From positions 12,017-76,016 of the forward strand of contig JAUYPI010000006.1 in the NCBI GenBank assembly GCA_030697645.1: a stretch of 64,000 nucleotides of DNA. The letters are read 5' to 3'. The position numbers and the translations under genes were made by a program. Of the stretch, positions 10,315-20,293 are shown piece by piece. The number at the start of each line of letters is the position of its first letter. Positions within the stretch are counted from its first letter, which is position 1. The notes beneath the pieces are model-generated. The model was not told the origin of the DNA. It did not search any database and saw only the letters and a program-made list of their open reading frames with translations. This DNA comes from a bacterium (GTDB lineage Bacteria > Patescibacteriota > Minisyncoccia > Phycocordibacterales > VMGT01).

Positions 10315-10749
10315 ATGGGCAAAAAACGCATCATCAAAAAAAGCGGCGGGGGTTATGACAGCGGACTTAAATCCCGTGCGCTCTCTCGTGTGGCAAAACG
10401 ACAGATCGAAAAGGGAGTGCTGCATATCCAGTCCACCTACAATAATACGCTCCTCACGCTCGCCGAGGCATCGGGTGCGGTGCTCTGCGCCTCGTCGAGC
10501 GGCGCGCTCGGCTTCAAGGGCGCGCGCAAAGGGACGCCCTATGCGGCGGCAAAGGTCGGTGAGCTTATCGGCGAGAAAGCGGTGCAGATGGGAATGCGAG
10601 ATGCAGACATTATAGTGAAGGGCGTTGGTGCAGGCCGAGAGTCGTCCGTCCGCGGCTTCATTTCGCGCGGGATCAGCATTAGCAGTCTTCGGGATGCAAC
10701 GCCCGTACCTTTCAACGGCCCGCGGCCGCCGAAGCCGAGAAGGGTGTAG
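10315..10749 (+). CDS. rpsK: Ribosomal protein S11
   Basis: GVLHIQSTYNNTLLTLAEASG...typical S11. Confidence 0.92.
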   Translation: MGKKRIIKKSGGGYDSGLKSRALSRVAKRQIEKGVLHIQSTYNNTLLTLAEASGAVLCASSSGALGFKGARKGTPYAAAKVGELIGEKAVQMGMRDADIIVKGVGAGRESSVRGFISRGISISSLRDATPVPFNGPRPPKPRRV

Positions 10750-10752
10750 CAC

Positions 10753-10888
10753 GAAATTTCCAATTTTCAATTTTACAATTTCCAATCAATTTTCAATGTG
10801 TCAATGATGCAATGACGGACGACGTCGTGTTTGAAAATTGGGTCATTGCAAAATTGATTGAAAATTGAAAATTGAGACTTGAAAATTA
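10753..10888. repeat. Family-1 palindromic A-tract element (inverted orientation)
   Basis: Reverse-complement arrangement: ...caatgacggacgacgtcgtgtttgaaaattggg... Confidence 0.85.
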
Positions 10889-10909
10889 AGTATACGAGAC
10901 ATCTACTTC

Positions 10910-11545
10910 ATGAAACTCGGACCAAAGTATAAAATTTGTAAGCGTTTAGGTCCCGACGTCTTTGAGAAATGCCAGACGCCGCGGTTTGCGCTGGTCGCGA
11001 GCCGCGCTCCGAAGACGAAGCGAGGTGGAAAGCGAGGCGGGAGGCCGTCTCGAACGGATTACGGCAAACACATGCTTGAAAAGCAGCGTGTGCGGTTTAC
11101 TTATGGCCTCTCGGAGCGGCAGTTTGCGCGCTATGTCAAAGAGTCGGCGCGACCGGCCGGCGCGAAGCCTGCAGAGGCGCTCTACCGGCGGATTGAGTCG
11201 CGTCTCGACAATATCGTGTACCGTCTGTCTCTTGCGCGCACGAGAGCACAGGCGCGCCAGCTCGTCTCGCACGGCCTCATTACGGTGAACGACCGGAAAA
11301 TGAGCAGCCCGTCGTATGCGGTGCGAGTCGGCGAGCGGATAGGGGTCAAGCAGAGCAAGCGCGATCTCGGTGTCTTTGCTTCCCGCGGCCGAGGTGCTGA
11401 AGGAGAAGGCATTGTGATGCCCCCGGCGTGGCTCACGTTCGACGGCGCGAAAATGGAAGGAGTTGTGAGCGCCTTGCCTGCCGCGGAGAATGCCGGAGCG
11501 CAGTCGCTTGATTTGCAGGCGGTGATTGAGTTTTATAGCAGATGA
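10910..11545 (+). CDS. rpsD: Ribosomal protein S4
   Basis: MKLGPKYKICKRLG... S4 N-terminus and S4 RNA-binding domain. Confidence 0.92.
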   Translation: MKLGPKYKICKRLGPDVFEKCQTPRFALVASRAPKTKRGGKRGGRPSRTDYGKHMLEKQRVRFTYGLSERQFARYVKESARPAGAKPAEALYRRIESRLDNIVYRLSLARTRAQARQLVSHGLITVNDRKMSSPSYAVRVGERIGVKQSKRDLGVFASRGRGAEGEGIVMPPAWLTFDGAKMEGVVSALPAAENAGAQSLDLQAVIEFYSR

Positions 11546-11547
11546 TG

Positions 11548-11672
11548 AAATTTTCAAGGCTCAATTTTTAATTTTCAATCAATTTTCAATGAACTAATTT
11601 TCAAACACGATGTCGTCCGTCGTTGAGTCATTGAAACATTGAAAATTTATTGAAAATTGCAAAATTGAAAAT
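11548..11672. repeat. Family-1 palindromic A-tract element
   Basis: Same units and core (caaacacgatgtcgtccgtcgttgagtcattgaaac). Confidence 0.85.
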
Positions 11673-11751
11673 TCTCAAGTCACCATGGTAATTTGACACC
11701 TCAAATTTTAAGTGTATAATTTATTTTGTTTACTAACCTACTTTTATTTTT

Positions 11752-12762
11752 ATGCCAGACTACACTATTGCGCTGCCGTCAAAACCACGGGTCGTCTTTG
11801 AAGAGGGAATGAGCGGCATGTATGAGATAGACGGCCTTTATCCAGGCTATGGACATACGCTTGGCAATTCGCTTCGGCGTATTATCCTCTCGTCGCTCCC
11901 CGGGGCGGCCATAACGCACATCAAGATCGAAGGGGTACCGCACGAATTTTCGACGATCGAGGGCGTCAAGGAGGACGTCGTCGCACTCACCCTAAATCTC
12001 AAACGCCTCCGGCTCTCGCTCGCCGGAGACGAGCCGCAGACGATGACCCTGAAGGTGAAAGGGCCGCGAGAAGTCATGGGTGCCGATATTGTGGCACCCG
12101 GGCAGGTTACCATATTGAATCCCGAGCTCCACATCGCAGAGGTGACGGCAAAGACGACGCTTGAGATGGAGCTCACCGTGGAGCGGGGGCTCGGGTATGT
12201 GCCAAAGGAGGTGCTTGAGAAAGAGCGCGTCGAGATCGGGACACTGACGCCGGATGCGATTTTTACTCCGATCCGCCGCGTCAACTACGAGGTGGAAAAT
12301 ATGCGCGTCGGCGATCGCACCGACTTCAATCGGCTGCGGGTCTTTGTTGAAACGGACGGGACGCTCACGCCGCGCGAAGCGCTCGAGCAGTCGATTGAGA
12401 TCATGATCCACCAACTCAAGGCAGTGATCGGCTTTGAGGAGAAGGAGGAAGATGAGACAGAGAGCGCAGATGAGACGATGCGTGGCGAACCCGCTCTTCC
12501 GCGCGGCGAGTCCGAGAACCCTGAGAAGCGGAGCGTCGCGGCGCACGAGGAGCTCGATAAAGAATTTTTGAAAACTCGTATCGAAACGCTTGACGGCCTC
12601 TCTGCCCGCACAGCGCACGCGCTCTCTGAGGCGAACATTCGAACCGTCGGCGGACTCGTACGCAAGAAGGCGGAAGACCTGCTTGCACTCGAGGGGATCG
12701 GGGAGAAAGCGATTGAGGAGATTAGAGACGTGCTTGCGAAAAACGGAGTAACGTTGAAGTGA
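11752..12762 (+). CDS. rpoA: DNA-directed RNA polymerase alpha subunit
   Basis: N-terminal dimerisation domain GYGHTLGNSLRRILLSSLPG and C-terminal alpha-CTD. Confidence 0.93.
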   Translation: MPDYTIALPSKPRVVFEEGMSGMYEIDGLYPGYGHTLGNSLRRIILSSLPGAAITHIKIEGVPHEFSTIEGVKEDVVALTLNLKRLRLSLAGDEPQTMTLKVKGPREVMGADIVAPGQVTILNPELHIAEVTAKTTLEMELTVERGLGYVPKEVLEKERVEIGTLTPDAIFTPIRRVNYEVENMRVGDRTDFNRLRVFVETDGTLTPREALEQSIEIMIHQLKAVIGFEEKEEDETESADETMRGEPALPRGESENPEKRSVAAHEELDKEFLKTRIETLDGLSARTAHALSEANIRTVGGLVRKKAEDLLALEGIGEKAIEEIRDVLAKNGVTLK

Positions 12763-12765
12763 TAT

Positions 12766-13323
12766 ATGCAGGAAAGAATTCCTTTGGAAAAAGTTGGGGA
12801 TGGATCCGAAATATCGAGACAGGAACCTCTCGGGATACTTTCTATTGGTAGTAATTGGACGGAATCTAGCGGCAGGCCGCTCGAAGAAGGAGAATCTCAG
12901 TTCTTTCACTCTACGTATGCATATAATATAAGTCCGGAACAATATCGGGACATTCTCGAAAAAGAAGAGTTTGTACTAGATCGACGGATGTTTGTTGACC
13001 CTATCCCACAAACCGGCTACGGACAGGTTCCCAATGTGGAGATGCGTACGTATAAAGAAAATCCGGACGAGCTTATACTTTTTCGTTTTATTACAAAAGA
13101 TGAAGAGCCGTTTCTTAAGATACAGGCCGAAGGACTTGATCTTAAGGATATAGGGAAAAAAGAAGGGCTGGTTGGAGGACCAGAAAAACGATTCGACCCT
13201 AATTATTTAGGGTATGCACTAAAATTAAGAAAAGTAGGCGAGGAACAATTGGGTGGTTACAAATTTCCTCATAGAGTTGTCACGTTTGAAGTTGTAGAGC
13301 GAATGCCTATTATTCCTGAATAA
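12766..13323 (+). CDS. Hypothetical protein in a low-GC insertion between rpoA and rplQ
   Basis: 185-aa ORF at ~43% GC versus ~62% flanks; starts 4 nt after the rpoA stop; no recognised motif. Confidence 0.55.
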   Translation: MQERIPLEKVGDGSEISRQEPLGILSIGSNWTESSGRPLEEGESQFFHSTYAYNISPEQYRDILEKEEFVLDRRMFVDPIPQTGYGQVPNVEMRTYKENPDELILFRFITKDEEPFLKIQAEGLDLKDIGKKEGLVGGPEKRFDPNYLGYALKLRKVGEEQLGGYKFPHRVVTFEVVERMPIIPE

Positions 13324-13386
13324 TTTTTAGCTTTTAGCGCTAGGTTTTTAGTGCTACTGTGTTAGTCCTCTAAAAGCTAATAGTCT
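13324..13386. repeat. Family-2 palindromic element (AGCTTTTAGC ... CTAAAAGCT)
   Basis: ttagcttttagcgctagg...cctctaaaagctaatag. Confidence 0.7.
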
Positions 13387-13740
13387 ATGCGTCACCACAA
13401 CAGAATCAAAAAATTCGGCCGCGTCGCGCGGCAGCGGAGAGCACTGATCTCCTCGCTCGCCTCATCCCTCATTCGTCATGAGAAGATCACGACGACCGAG
13501 GCGAAAGCAAAGGAGCTTCGGCCATTTATTGAGCGCCTCATCACCGTTGCGCGGCAGGGCACACTCGCCGCGAGGCGAACGACCCTTGCGCGACTTGGCG
13601 GAGAGAGTGTCGCTGCGCGTCGGCTCATGAGCTCTGTTGCCTCGCGCTATCTCTCTCGACCCGGGGGCTACACGCGCATCACAAAACTGCGTGCGCGCAC
13701 CAGCGACAGGGCACCGCAGGCGCGCATTGAATTTGTATGA
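13387..13740 (+). CDS. rplQ: Ribosomal protein L17
   Basis: MRHHNRIKKFGRVARQRRALISSLASSLIRHEKITTTEAKAKELRP typical L17. Confidence 0.92.
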   Translation: MRHHNRIKKFGRVARQRRALISSLASSLIRHEKITTTEAKAKELRPFIERLITVARQGTLAARRTTLARLGGESVAARRLMSSVASRYLSRPGGYTRITKLRARTSDRAPQARIEFV

Positions 13741-14108
13741 CAGCCACTGATCAGACACTCTATACAATCGACGCCCGAGCACAGCGTCTCGGGCGGGTTG
13801 CCGCCGATGCGGCGCGCGTCCTTATGGGCAAACACACGCCCCACTACGAGCGCAATCGGATAAACGGGCAGCGCGTACGCATCGAGCACGCGGCAGCACT
13901 CCAGATTGACGAGCGAAAAAAGAAGCATACAATATATTCGCGCCACTCGGGCTATCCGGGCTCGCTCAAGCGCGTAACGCTCGCCGCGATCGAGACGAAG
14001 CGCGGTCGAGAGCGTGCATACAGCGAGGCGCTCCGTCGGGCAGTCTACGGCATGCTGCCGAAGAACAAGCTGAGGCCGAGGATGATGAAACGGCTTGAAA
14101 TCATATAG
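13737..14108 (+). CDS. rplM: Ribosomal protein L13
   Basis: ATGA overlap with the rplQ stop; TLYTIDARAQRLGRVAADAARVLMGKH typical L13. Confidence 0.9.
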   Translation: MTATDQTLYTIDARAQRLGRVAADAARVLMGKHTPHYERNRINGQRVRIEHAAALQIDERKKKHTIYSRHSGYPGSLKRVTLAAIETKRGRERAYSEALRRAVYGMLPKNKLRPRMMKRLEII

Positions 14109-14172
14109 AGAAAATGATGTAGAGACACGCAGCAAGCAGAACGTCCTCAGCATCAAAACCTAAATGCCGATA

Positions 14173-14284
14173 AAATTTTCAATTATCAATTTTCAATTTT
14201 CAATCAATTTTCAATTTCTCAATTTTTCAAACACAACGCCGACGTCGTCCATTGAAAATTGTAAAATTGAAAATTGAAAATTTA
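14173..14284. repeat. Family-1 palindromic A-tract element
   Basis: aattttcaattatcaattttcaattttcaatcaattttcaatttctc...caaacacaacgccgacgtcgtcc... Confidence 0.85.
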
Positions 14285-14290
14285 AACTGT

Positions 14291-14713
14291 ATGCCTTCCT
14301 CAACCACCCCCAAACCCAAGAAATCCGACCGCTACATCGAGGCAGTTGGCCGCCGCAAGACGGCGATTGCGCGCGTGCGGATCTCACCTGCTTCAAAAAC
14401 GAACGTCTTGATCAACGACCGCTCGATCGAATCGTACTTTCCAGTGGCCACCCTTGCGCAGAGTGTCCTCTCGCCGCTTGCGCTCGCGCCGTCGGCGCAT
14501 TTTAGCGTAAGCGTCCATGTTGTCGGCGGGGGCATTCGCGGCCAGGCAGAGGCGGTGCGCCACGGTATCGCGCGCGCGCTCACGCTCTCGAGCGCTGATC
14601 TCCGGACCCCTCTGAAGCGCGCTGGATTTCTCACGCGTGATCCTCGTGCCAAGGAGCGGCGCAAATTCGGGCTCAAAAAAGCGCGCAAGGCACCGCAATG
14701 GAGTAAACGATAG
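14291..14713 (+). CDS. rpsI: Ribosomal protein S9
   Basis: YIEAVGRRKTAIARVRISP...GGGIRGQAEAVRHGIARAL...KKARKAPQWSKR; ATG at 14291 directly after the repeat. Confidence 0.9.
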   Translation: MPSSTTPKPKKSDRYIEAVGRRKTAIARVRISPASKTNVLINDRSIESYFPVATLAQSVLSPLALAPSAHFSVSVHVVGGGIRGQAEAVRHGIARALTLSSADLRTPLKRAGFLTRDPRAKERRKFGLKKARKAPQWSKR

Positions 14714-14767
14714 TTTACTCCATTGCGGGCGAAGGGGGTCGGGGAAACTGTAGTTTAGTTCCCTCTA

Positions 14768-14886
14768 AATTTTCAATTATCAATTTTCAATCAATTTTGC
14801 AATGAATCAATTTTCAAACACGACGTCGTCCGTCACTCAGTCATTGAAACGTTGAAAATTCATTGAAAATTGCAAAATTGAAAATT
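14768..14886. repeat. Family-1 palindromic A-tract element
   Basis: Same architecture. Confidence 0.85.
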
Positions 14887-14896
14887 AGACAATCCT

Positions 14897-15469
14897 ATGT
14901 CCGATACAGATCCAGAAAATGCACGAGACGAAACAATAGATATCATATCGGAAGAGGAAGAGCAGAATTCCTCCGTCCTGATCCAAAAGCTCCGTGGTAA
15001 GTTGAAGCTCTGCGAGGCCGAGCGGCACGAGTACCTCACTGGCTGGCAGCGGGCGAAAGCGGACTTGGTGAATGCACGAAAGGATGAAGAGCGCGAGCGC
15101 GCCACGTTTGTGCGTTTTGCTGCAGAGCGGCTGGTTCGCGACCTCCTGCCGGTGCTCGAGAGCTTTGAGATGGCGTTCTCAAATCCAGGATGGGAGCAGG
15201 CACCACTTGAGTGGCGGCAAGGCATCGAGCACATCCACGCGCAGCTCGTCGCAGTACTTGAGCGCAGCGGCCTTGGGCAAGTACGTCCAGAGATCGGAGA
15301 AAAATTTGACCCTACGCAACACGAATCGGCGGGCGAGACTCCAGTCGAGAGCGCGGAGCAAGATCACGAGATCGTCTCCGTTGTTCGACGCGGCTACCGA
15401 CTGTATGATAAGCTGATACAGCCCGCGAGAGTCATGGTTGGCATATCAGGCGATACGCATGAACATTAA
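14897..15469 (+). CDS. grpE: Nucleotide exchange factor GrpE
   Basis: Coiled-coil N-terminus plus LLPVLESFEMAF and C-terminal beta domain. Confidence 0.85.
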   Translation: MSDTDPENARDETIDIISEEEEQNSSVLIQKLRGKLKLCEAERHEYLTGWQRAKADLVNARKDEERERATFVRFAAERLVRDLLPVLESFEMAFSNPGWEQAPLEWRQGIEHIHAQLVAVLERSGLGQVRPEIGEKFDPTQHESAGETPVESAEQDHEIVSVVRRGYRLYDKLIQPARVMVGISGDTHEH

Positions 15470-15499
15470 AAGCAGAACGGAACACGCCTCCGAGTCATC

Positions 15500-15640
15500 T
15501 AATTTCCAATTTTCAATTTTGCAATTTTCAATCAATTTTCAATTATCCAATTTTCAAACACGACGCCGACGACGTCCGTCATTGAGTCATTGAAACATTG
15601 AAAATTCATTGGAAATTGAAAATTGTAAATTGAAAATTAA
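15500..15640. repeat. Family-1 palindromic A-tract element
   Basis: Same architecture (caaacacgacgccgacgacgtccgtcattgagtcattgaaac). Confidence 0.85.
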
Positions 15641-15662
15641 GAAATAATTTTAAAACTAAACT

Positions 15663-17570
15663 ATGAGTAAAATAATCGGCATTGATCTCGGCACGACATT
15701 CTCGGCGGTTGCGGTCGTCGAGGGCGGTGAGCCGCGGATTATTGAGAACGCAGAGGGCGCGCGCACGACGCCTTCGATTGCCGCGCTCTCGAAGACTGGC
15801 GAGCGACTCGTCGGGCTCATTGCTAAGCGTCAGGCAGTAACGAACCCGAAAAATACGATCTACGGCATCAAGCGCTTTATCGGCCACCGCTTCGACGAGC
15901 AGGAAGTACAGAAAGACAAAGGCTCGGTGCCCTTCGAGGTACGACGCTCCGAGAGCGGCGGTGTTGAGGTGAAGCAGGGGGAGAAGTGGTACCGGCCGGA
16001 GGAAGTGTCCGCGATGATCCTCCAGAAGTTGAAGGCCGACGCCGAGGCCAAGCTCGGCGGCCCGATCACCGAGGCTATAATCACGGTGCCCGCATACTTC
16101 AACGACTCTCAGCGCAAAGCGACGCAGGATGCGGGGCGGATCGCGGGGCTCGATGTCAAGCGCATCATCAACGAGCCGACCGCGGCCGCGCTCGCCTATG
16201 GCTTCAATAAGAAAAAGGAAGAGAAGATTGTCGTGTTCGACTTCGGCGGCGGCACGTTCGACGTCTCGGTGCTCGAGGTCGGCGACGACGTGGTTGAGGT
16301 GAAGTCAACGGATGGCGACGCGCACATGGGCGGCAAGGATATCGACCAGAAGATAATCCACTGGATTGCGGACGAGTACCGCAAACAGAGCGGCATTGAT
16401 GTCCGCGCCGATCCTCTGGCGCTCCAGCGACTCGACGAAGCGGCGGAGAAAGTAAAGCACGAGCTCTCCTCGACGACCCAGAGCGAGATCAATATCCCGT
16501 TTATCACTTCGGATAGCTCGGGCCCCAAACACCTTCTTATGAATATGACGCGCGCTACGCTCGAGGAGCTTGCACGGGAGTACATTGACCGCTCGATCGA
16601 GATTGCGAAGCGCGCGATGGATGCCTCGCCGTTTAAGATCAATGAAATTGACGAGGTGATTCTCGTCGGGGGACAGACGCGCATGCCCGCAATCGAGGAA
16701 GCAGTGAAAAAGTTTTTCGGCAAAGAGCCAAACAAATCGATCAATCCTGACGAAGTCGTTGCGCTCGGCGCAGCGATCCAGGGCGGGATTCTCCGCGGCG
16801 AGGTGAAAGACGTGCTCCTCCTTGATGTGATTCCGCTCTCACTCGGTATTGAAACTATGGGAAACATCGCGACAAAATTGATCGAGCGCAACACGACCAT
16901 TCCGACCTCCCGGACACAGGTGTTTTCGACCGCTGCTGATAACCAGACCAGCGTCGAAATCCACGTCGTGCAGGGCGAGCGGGCCATGGCCGCGGACAAC
17001 AAATCGCTCGGCCGCTTCATTCTCGACGGGCTCCCTCCGGCTCCCCGCGGCATGCCCCAGGTTGAGGTAACATTCGACGTTGACGCAAACGGCATCCTCA
17101 ACGTGACCGCGCGCGACAAGGCGAGTGGAAAGGCGCAATCAATCCGCATCGAGGCTCGCTCAGGGCTCACCGAGGCCGATATCGAGCGGATGAGAAAAGA
17201 CGCAGAGAGCCATGGCGAGGATGATCGACGCAAGCGGGAGGAGGCAGAGGCGCGCAACAGCGCCGAGCAGCTGATTTACACCGCGGAGAAGGCGCTCCGC
17301 GACGCGGGGGACAAGGTTGACAGCGCGGTGAAAACCGCAGTCGAGGAGAAACTCGCGGCGCTGAAAAAAGCGCGCGATGAAAACAACATCGATGGCATGA
17401 AATCCGCAACCGCAGCGCTCTCGCAAGAAATTTCAAAAATCGGCGAGCAAATGTATAAAGCGCAACAAGAGCAGCAGAAGGGAAGTGAGAGCGACAAGAA
17501 GGACGATGGGGGAGGGGTGAGGGATGCGGAGTTTAAGGAGAAGGGAGACGATACGAGCGACAAGCAGTAA
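15663..17570 (+). CDS. dnaK: Molecular chaperone DnaK (Hsp70)
   Basis: [27 protein letters not shown], full-length Hsp70. Confidence 0.97.
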   Translation: MSKIIGIDLGTTFSAVAVVEGGEPRIIENAEGARTTPSIAALSKTGERLVGLIAKRQAVTNPKNTIYGIKRFIGHRFDEQEVQKDKGSVPFEVRRSESGGVEVKQGEKWYRPEEVSAMILQKLKADAEAKLGGPITEAIITVPAYFNDSQRKATQDAGRIAGLDVKRIINEPTAAALAYGFNKKKEEKIVVFDFGGGTFDVSVLEVGDDVVEVKSTDGDAHMGGKDIDQKIIHWIADEYRKQSGIDVRADPLALQRLDEAAEKVKHELSSTTQSEINIPFITSDSSGPKHLLMNMTRATLEELAREYIDRSIEIAKRAMDASPFKINEIDEVILVGGQTRMPAIEEAVKKFFGKEPNKSINPDEVVALGAAIQGGILRGEVKDVLLLDVIPLSLGIETMGNIATKLIERNTTIPTSRTQVFSTAADNQTSVEIHVVQGERAMAADNKSLGRFILDGLPPAPRGMPQVEVTFDVDANGILNVTARDKASGKAQSIRIEARSGLTEADIERMRKDAESHGEDDRRKREEAEARNSAEQLIYTAEKALRDAGDKVDSAVKTAVEEKLAALKKARDENNIDGMKSATAALSQEISKIGEQMYKAQQEQQKGSESDKKDDGGGVRDAEFKEKGDDTSDKQ

Positions 17571-17596
17571 GCAGCATGCGGCAAGCACACGGTTCC

Positions 17597-17710
17597 CAGC
17601 TTTTAGCTGTTAGCTTATAGCTTTTAGCACGGACGGCGGAGCCTCTCAAAAGCTAACAGCGTTATAAGTTTTCCAGCCCTTTGGGCGCAAAGGGCTATGG
17701 CTAAAAGCTC
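17597..17710. repeat. Family-2 palindromic element with inner GC hairpin
   Basis: agcttttagctgttagcttatagcttttagc...ctctcaaaagctaacagc...ccctttgggcgcaaaggg...ggctaaaagct. Confidence 0.75.
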
Positions 17711-17712
17711 GT

Positions 17713-18798
17713 ATGAAAGATTACTATACAATCCTTGGAGTTCCGCGGGGTTCGTCCAAAGACGACATCAAAAAGGCGTTTCGGAAGCTCGCGCATAAGT
17801 ATCACCCGGACAAGACGGGCGGGGACGCGACGAGGTTCAAAGAGGCGAGCGAGGCGTATGCAGTGCTCTCCGACGACAAGAAACGCGGCGAGTATGACGT
17901 CTACGGCCGCGTGTTCTCCGAAGGAGGGCCGAGCGGCCCGCAGGGCGCGCCGAGCGGTTTTGACTTTAACGACTTTGCGCGTGCCTTTAGCGGCTTCAAG
18001 GAGTTTGAGGACATTGACCTCGGCGACCTCTTCGGCGATATTTTTGGTTTCTCTGGCGGCGCGCGCCGAGGAGCGCCGCGCGGCCGCGACATCTCGATAG
18101 ACGTCGAGATCTCATTTGCGGACTCGGTTTTCGGCGTCGAGCGCAAGCTGCTCCTCACGAAAACGTCGAGCTGCAGTGAATGCTCTGGCTCCGGCGCCAA
18201 GCGAGGGAGCGAAACCATCTCCTGCAGCGCCTGCAACGGCAAGGGAAAGATACATGAGACGCGCCGATCATTCTTCGGTACGTTCACGTCGGTGAGCAGC
18301 TGCAGCGCCTGCCACGGCAGCGGGACAATGCCAAAAGATAAATGCAGCGCCTGCAGAGGGGCGGGCGTACGCCGCGCGCAGGAGGAGATCGCGATTACCA
18401 TCCCGCCGGGGATCGAGAGCGGCGAGATGATCCGACTCACCGGCGCAGGGGAGGCAGTGCCGGGAGGCGTCGCGGGCGACCTCTATGTGAAAATTCATGT
18501 ACAAAAGCATCCGCGCTTCCGCAAAGAAGGCGCGAACCTTGAAACGGACCTCAGCGTGAAGCTCACCGACGCGCTCCTCGGTGCGAGCTATACACTCCCG
18601 ACACTCGAGGGCGACATCGAAGTCACGATTCCCGAAGGCATTACGCACGGGGAGATTCTCCGCGTGCGCGGCAAGGGCATTCCTCTTGACCGCTCTCGCC
18701 GCGGCGACCTCCTCATCACGATCAAGATCCAATTCCCCACGCGTCTTTCAAAAAAATCCCGCGCAGCGCTTGAGGAGTTGCGTAGAGAGGGCATCTAA
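17713..18798 (+). CDS. dnaJ: Chaperone DnaJ
   Basis: J-domain HPD motif (KYHPDK), G/F region, four CxxCxGxG zinc-finger repeats. Confidence 0.95.
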   Translation: MKDYYTILGVPRGSSKDDIKKAFRKLAHKYHPDKTGGDATRFKEASEAYAVLSDDKKRGEYDVYGRVFSEGGPSGPQGAPSGFDFNDFARAFSGFKEFEDIDLGDLFGDIFGFSGGARRGAPRGRDISIDVEISFADSVFGVERKLLLTKTSSCSECSGSGAKRGSETISCSACNGKGKIHETRRSFFGTFTSVSSCSACHGSGTMPKDKCSACRGAGVRRAQEEIAITIPPGIESGEMIRLTGAGEAVPGGVAGDLYVKIHVQKHPRFRKEGANLETDLSVKLTDALLGASYTLPTLEGDIEVTIPEGITHGEILRVRGKGIPLDRSRRGDLLITIKIQFPTRLSKKSRAALEELRREGI

Positions 18799-18833
18799 GC
18801 AAAAAAGAAGACCCCACAGCGCAAAGTGCGAAA

Positions 18834-18872
18834 ACCCCCGTATTCAAGTATGCTCGCTTGAATACGGGGTTT
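18834..18872 (+). terminator. Rho-independent terminator after dnaJ
   Basis: ccccgtattcaag...cttgaatacgggg followed by tttgctctgt. Confidence 0.6.
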
Positions 18873-18915
18873 GCTCTGTCCCAGCTCCACCTACATAGGC
18901 TTGATCTCGATAACG

Positions 18916-20088
18916 TTAGAGGCTACATGCTACAAAGAACTGTTCAATCGATGTAGACCAACGGGCTGTATGCATGCAGTAAAATTGCGGACCGTCAGGA
19001 ACATGTTTGTCAACGATCGTGCGTAACTCGGCGCCCGTAATAGATGCCGCGGCGAGTTGCCCCTCGGCGGTGAGCAGTTTTCCTAGATGCCGTAGAGTGC
19101 CGTAGGTAGACCCGCGATCTCGACGGAAATCCTCGATGGAACAGCCCGTATGCGCACGAAGCGTCTCCGGCGTGATCGAGCTCGACTCAAGGAGATTAGC
19201 TAGGCAGTCGAGGAGGCCCGGCACATGCAAAAAGAATGATGGGAAGCGGTACGCTGCCGCTCCCCGATTGATGCGTATCAGCGTTCCTCGATCGCCGAAC
19301 AGAGCACTCGACGGTTCAAAGCGTGGTAATCGCTCGCCCTCCGTCGTGCAGAGCGTGAGCGTTGTTTCAATGAATTCCGGCCGTAAGATACCAGTCAGAA
19401 ATTTAAACTTCCGTTTTTGTCCGCGGAAGAACACCTTGTGGAAGAGCGCGAAGCAGTGCGCCATGCAGCGATGTTTATACGGAAGCCGCGTATTCGTTTC
19501 GACAGCGCAGAAAGGGGGGATGCCGCAGAGCCGCGACATGGTGACAATGGTCCGCATGAATTCTGGATCGCCGTGGTACAGCTCGTCGCGAAACAATGAA
19601 GCGAGCTCGCCACTCACATGGCACACTTCGGTAAAGTCTGATGTCCCATACGGCTCCCCACGCCCCGGAATAAACCGCATACTCACCCATTCCTCTATCA
19701 AAGGCGGACTGTGTTCAATACCGTGCCCCGCGGGTTCCATCGCATGCGGCTCGCGAATTTCACCGTAGAGCGGGTACTCGACATTGAGCAGGTACACGAG
19801 GCTTTTGGTATCGAACTCGTCGAGCGGCGGGCAATCGCCGTAGCGATTATACGAGCTGCGGCAGGCGAGTGTCAGACGGAGTGCGGATTCGTTGGTCCAG
19901 CATGGATCGTAGAGTGGCTTCGCCACATATATGGTTAACGTCGTGTGCCCGAACCGCTCGCATGCACACGGCGTCAGTGATTCTCTACATTCACGGCCAA
20001 GAGCGATGACTTGTTCCAGTGGGGGCTGCGGTACTATGGAAACGTATAGCTCACTCTGCTGCGGCAAAAGGTAGGGAACTGTGCGCAT
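18916..20088 (-). CDS. Cysteine-rich hypothetical protein (~16 Cys), divergent from the E1-like gene
   Basis: 428-aa ORF (longest start 20202, internal ATG ~20088); no recognised family; protein-like composition. Confidence 0.5.
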   Translation of the reverse strand: MRTVPYLLPQQSELYVSIVPQPPLEQVIALGRECRESLTPCACERFGHTTLTIYVAKPLYDPCWTNESALRLTLACRSSYNRYGDCPPLDEFDTKSLVYLLNVEYPLYGEIREPHAMEPAGHGIEHSPPLIEEWVSMRFIPGRGEPYGTSDFTEVCHVSGELASLFRDELYHGDPEFMRTIVTMSRLCGIPPFCAVETNTRLPYKHRCMAHCFALFHKVFFRGQKRKFKFLTGILRPEFIETTLTLCTTEGERLPRFEPSSALFGDRGTLIRINRGAAAYRFPSFFLHVPGLLDCLANLLESSSITPETLRAHTGCSIEDFRRDRGSTYGTLRHLGKLLTAEGQLAAASITGAELRTIVDKHVPDGPQFYCMHTARWSTSIEQFFVACSL

Positions 20089-20293
20089 GTGGTGTCCTTT
20101 CTTTTGATTATGGGTAGCATACAAGAACGGCCCGTGGCCATCTTTTTTGGAACTCGTGTCTGGTCTGAGATACAGTCTAGAGTGCCGAGATTCATTTGTC
20201 AAAAATATGCACTGGCACCTTTCGCTTTCGTGAGTTTATGGCTATCATATGGTAATGTCCTCGGAGCGTCATGGACAGCACAAGGGGCGACTT

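Noticed and set aside
10046-15887. Short ORFs crossing the family-1 elements (peptides rich in FNFQF/QFSIFN such as 10046-10270, 14211-14396, 15606-15887, 34814-35035)
   Set aside because: Their sequences are dictated by the repeat; they are repeat artefacts, not genes
16196-17257. Long antisense ORFs inside dnaK, nrdJ (3521-4252), fusA (27171-28127), rpoA (11992-12942), the helicase (51204-52037) and ppsA (56723-57739, 57063-58274)
   Set aside because: High-GC genomes produce long stop-free antisense frames; each lies entirely inside a well-supported gene and has biased, non-protein-like composition (Arg/Ala/Ser/Pro rich)
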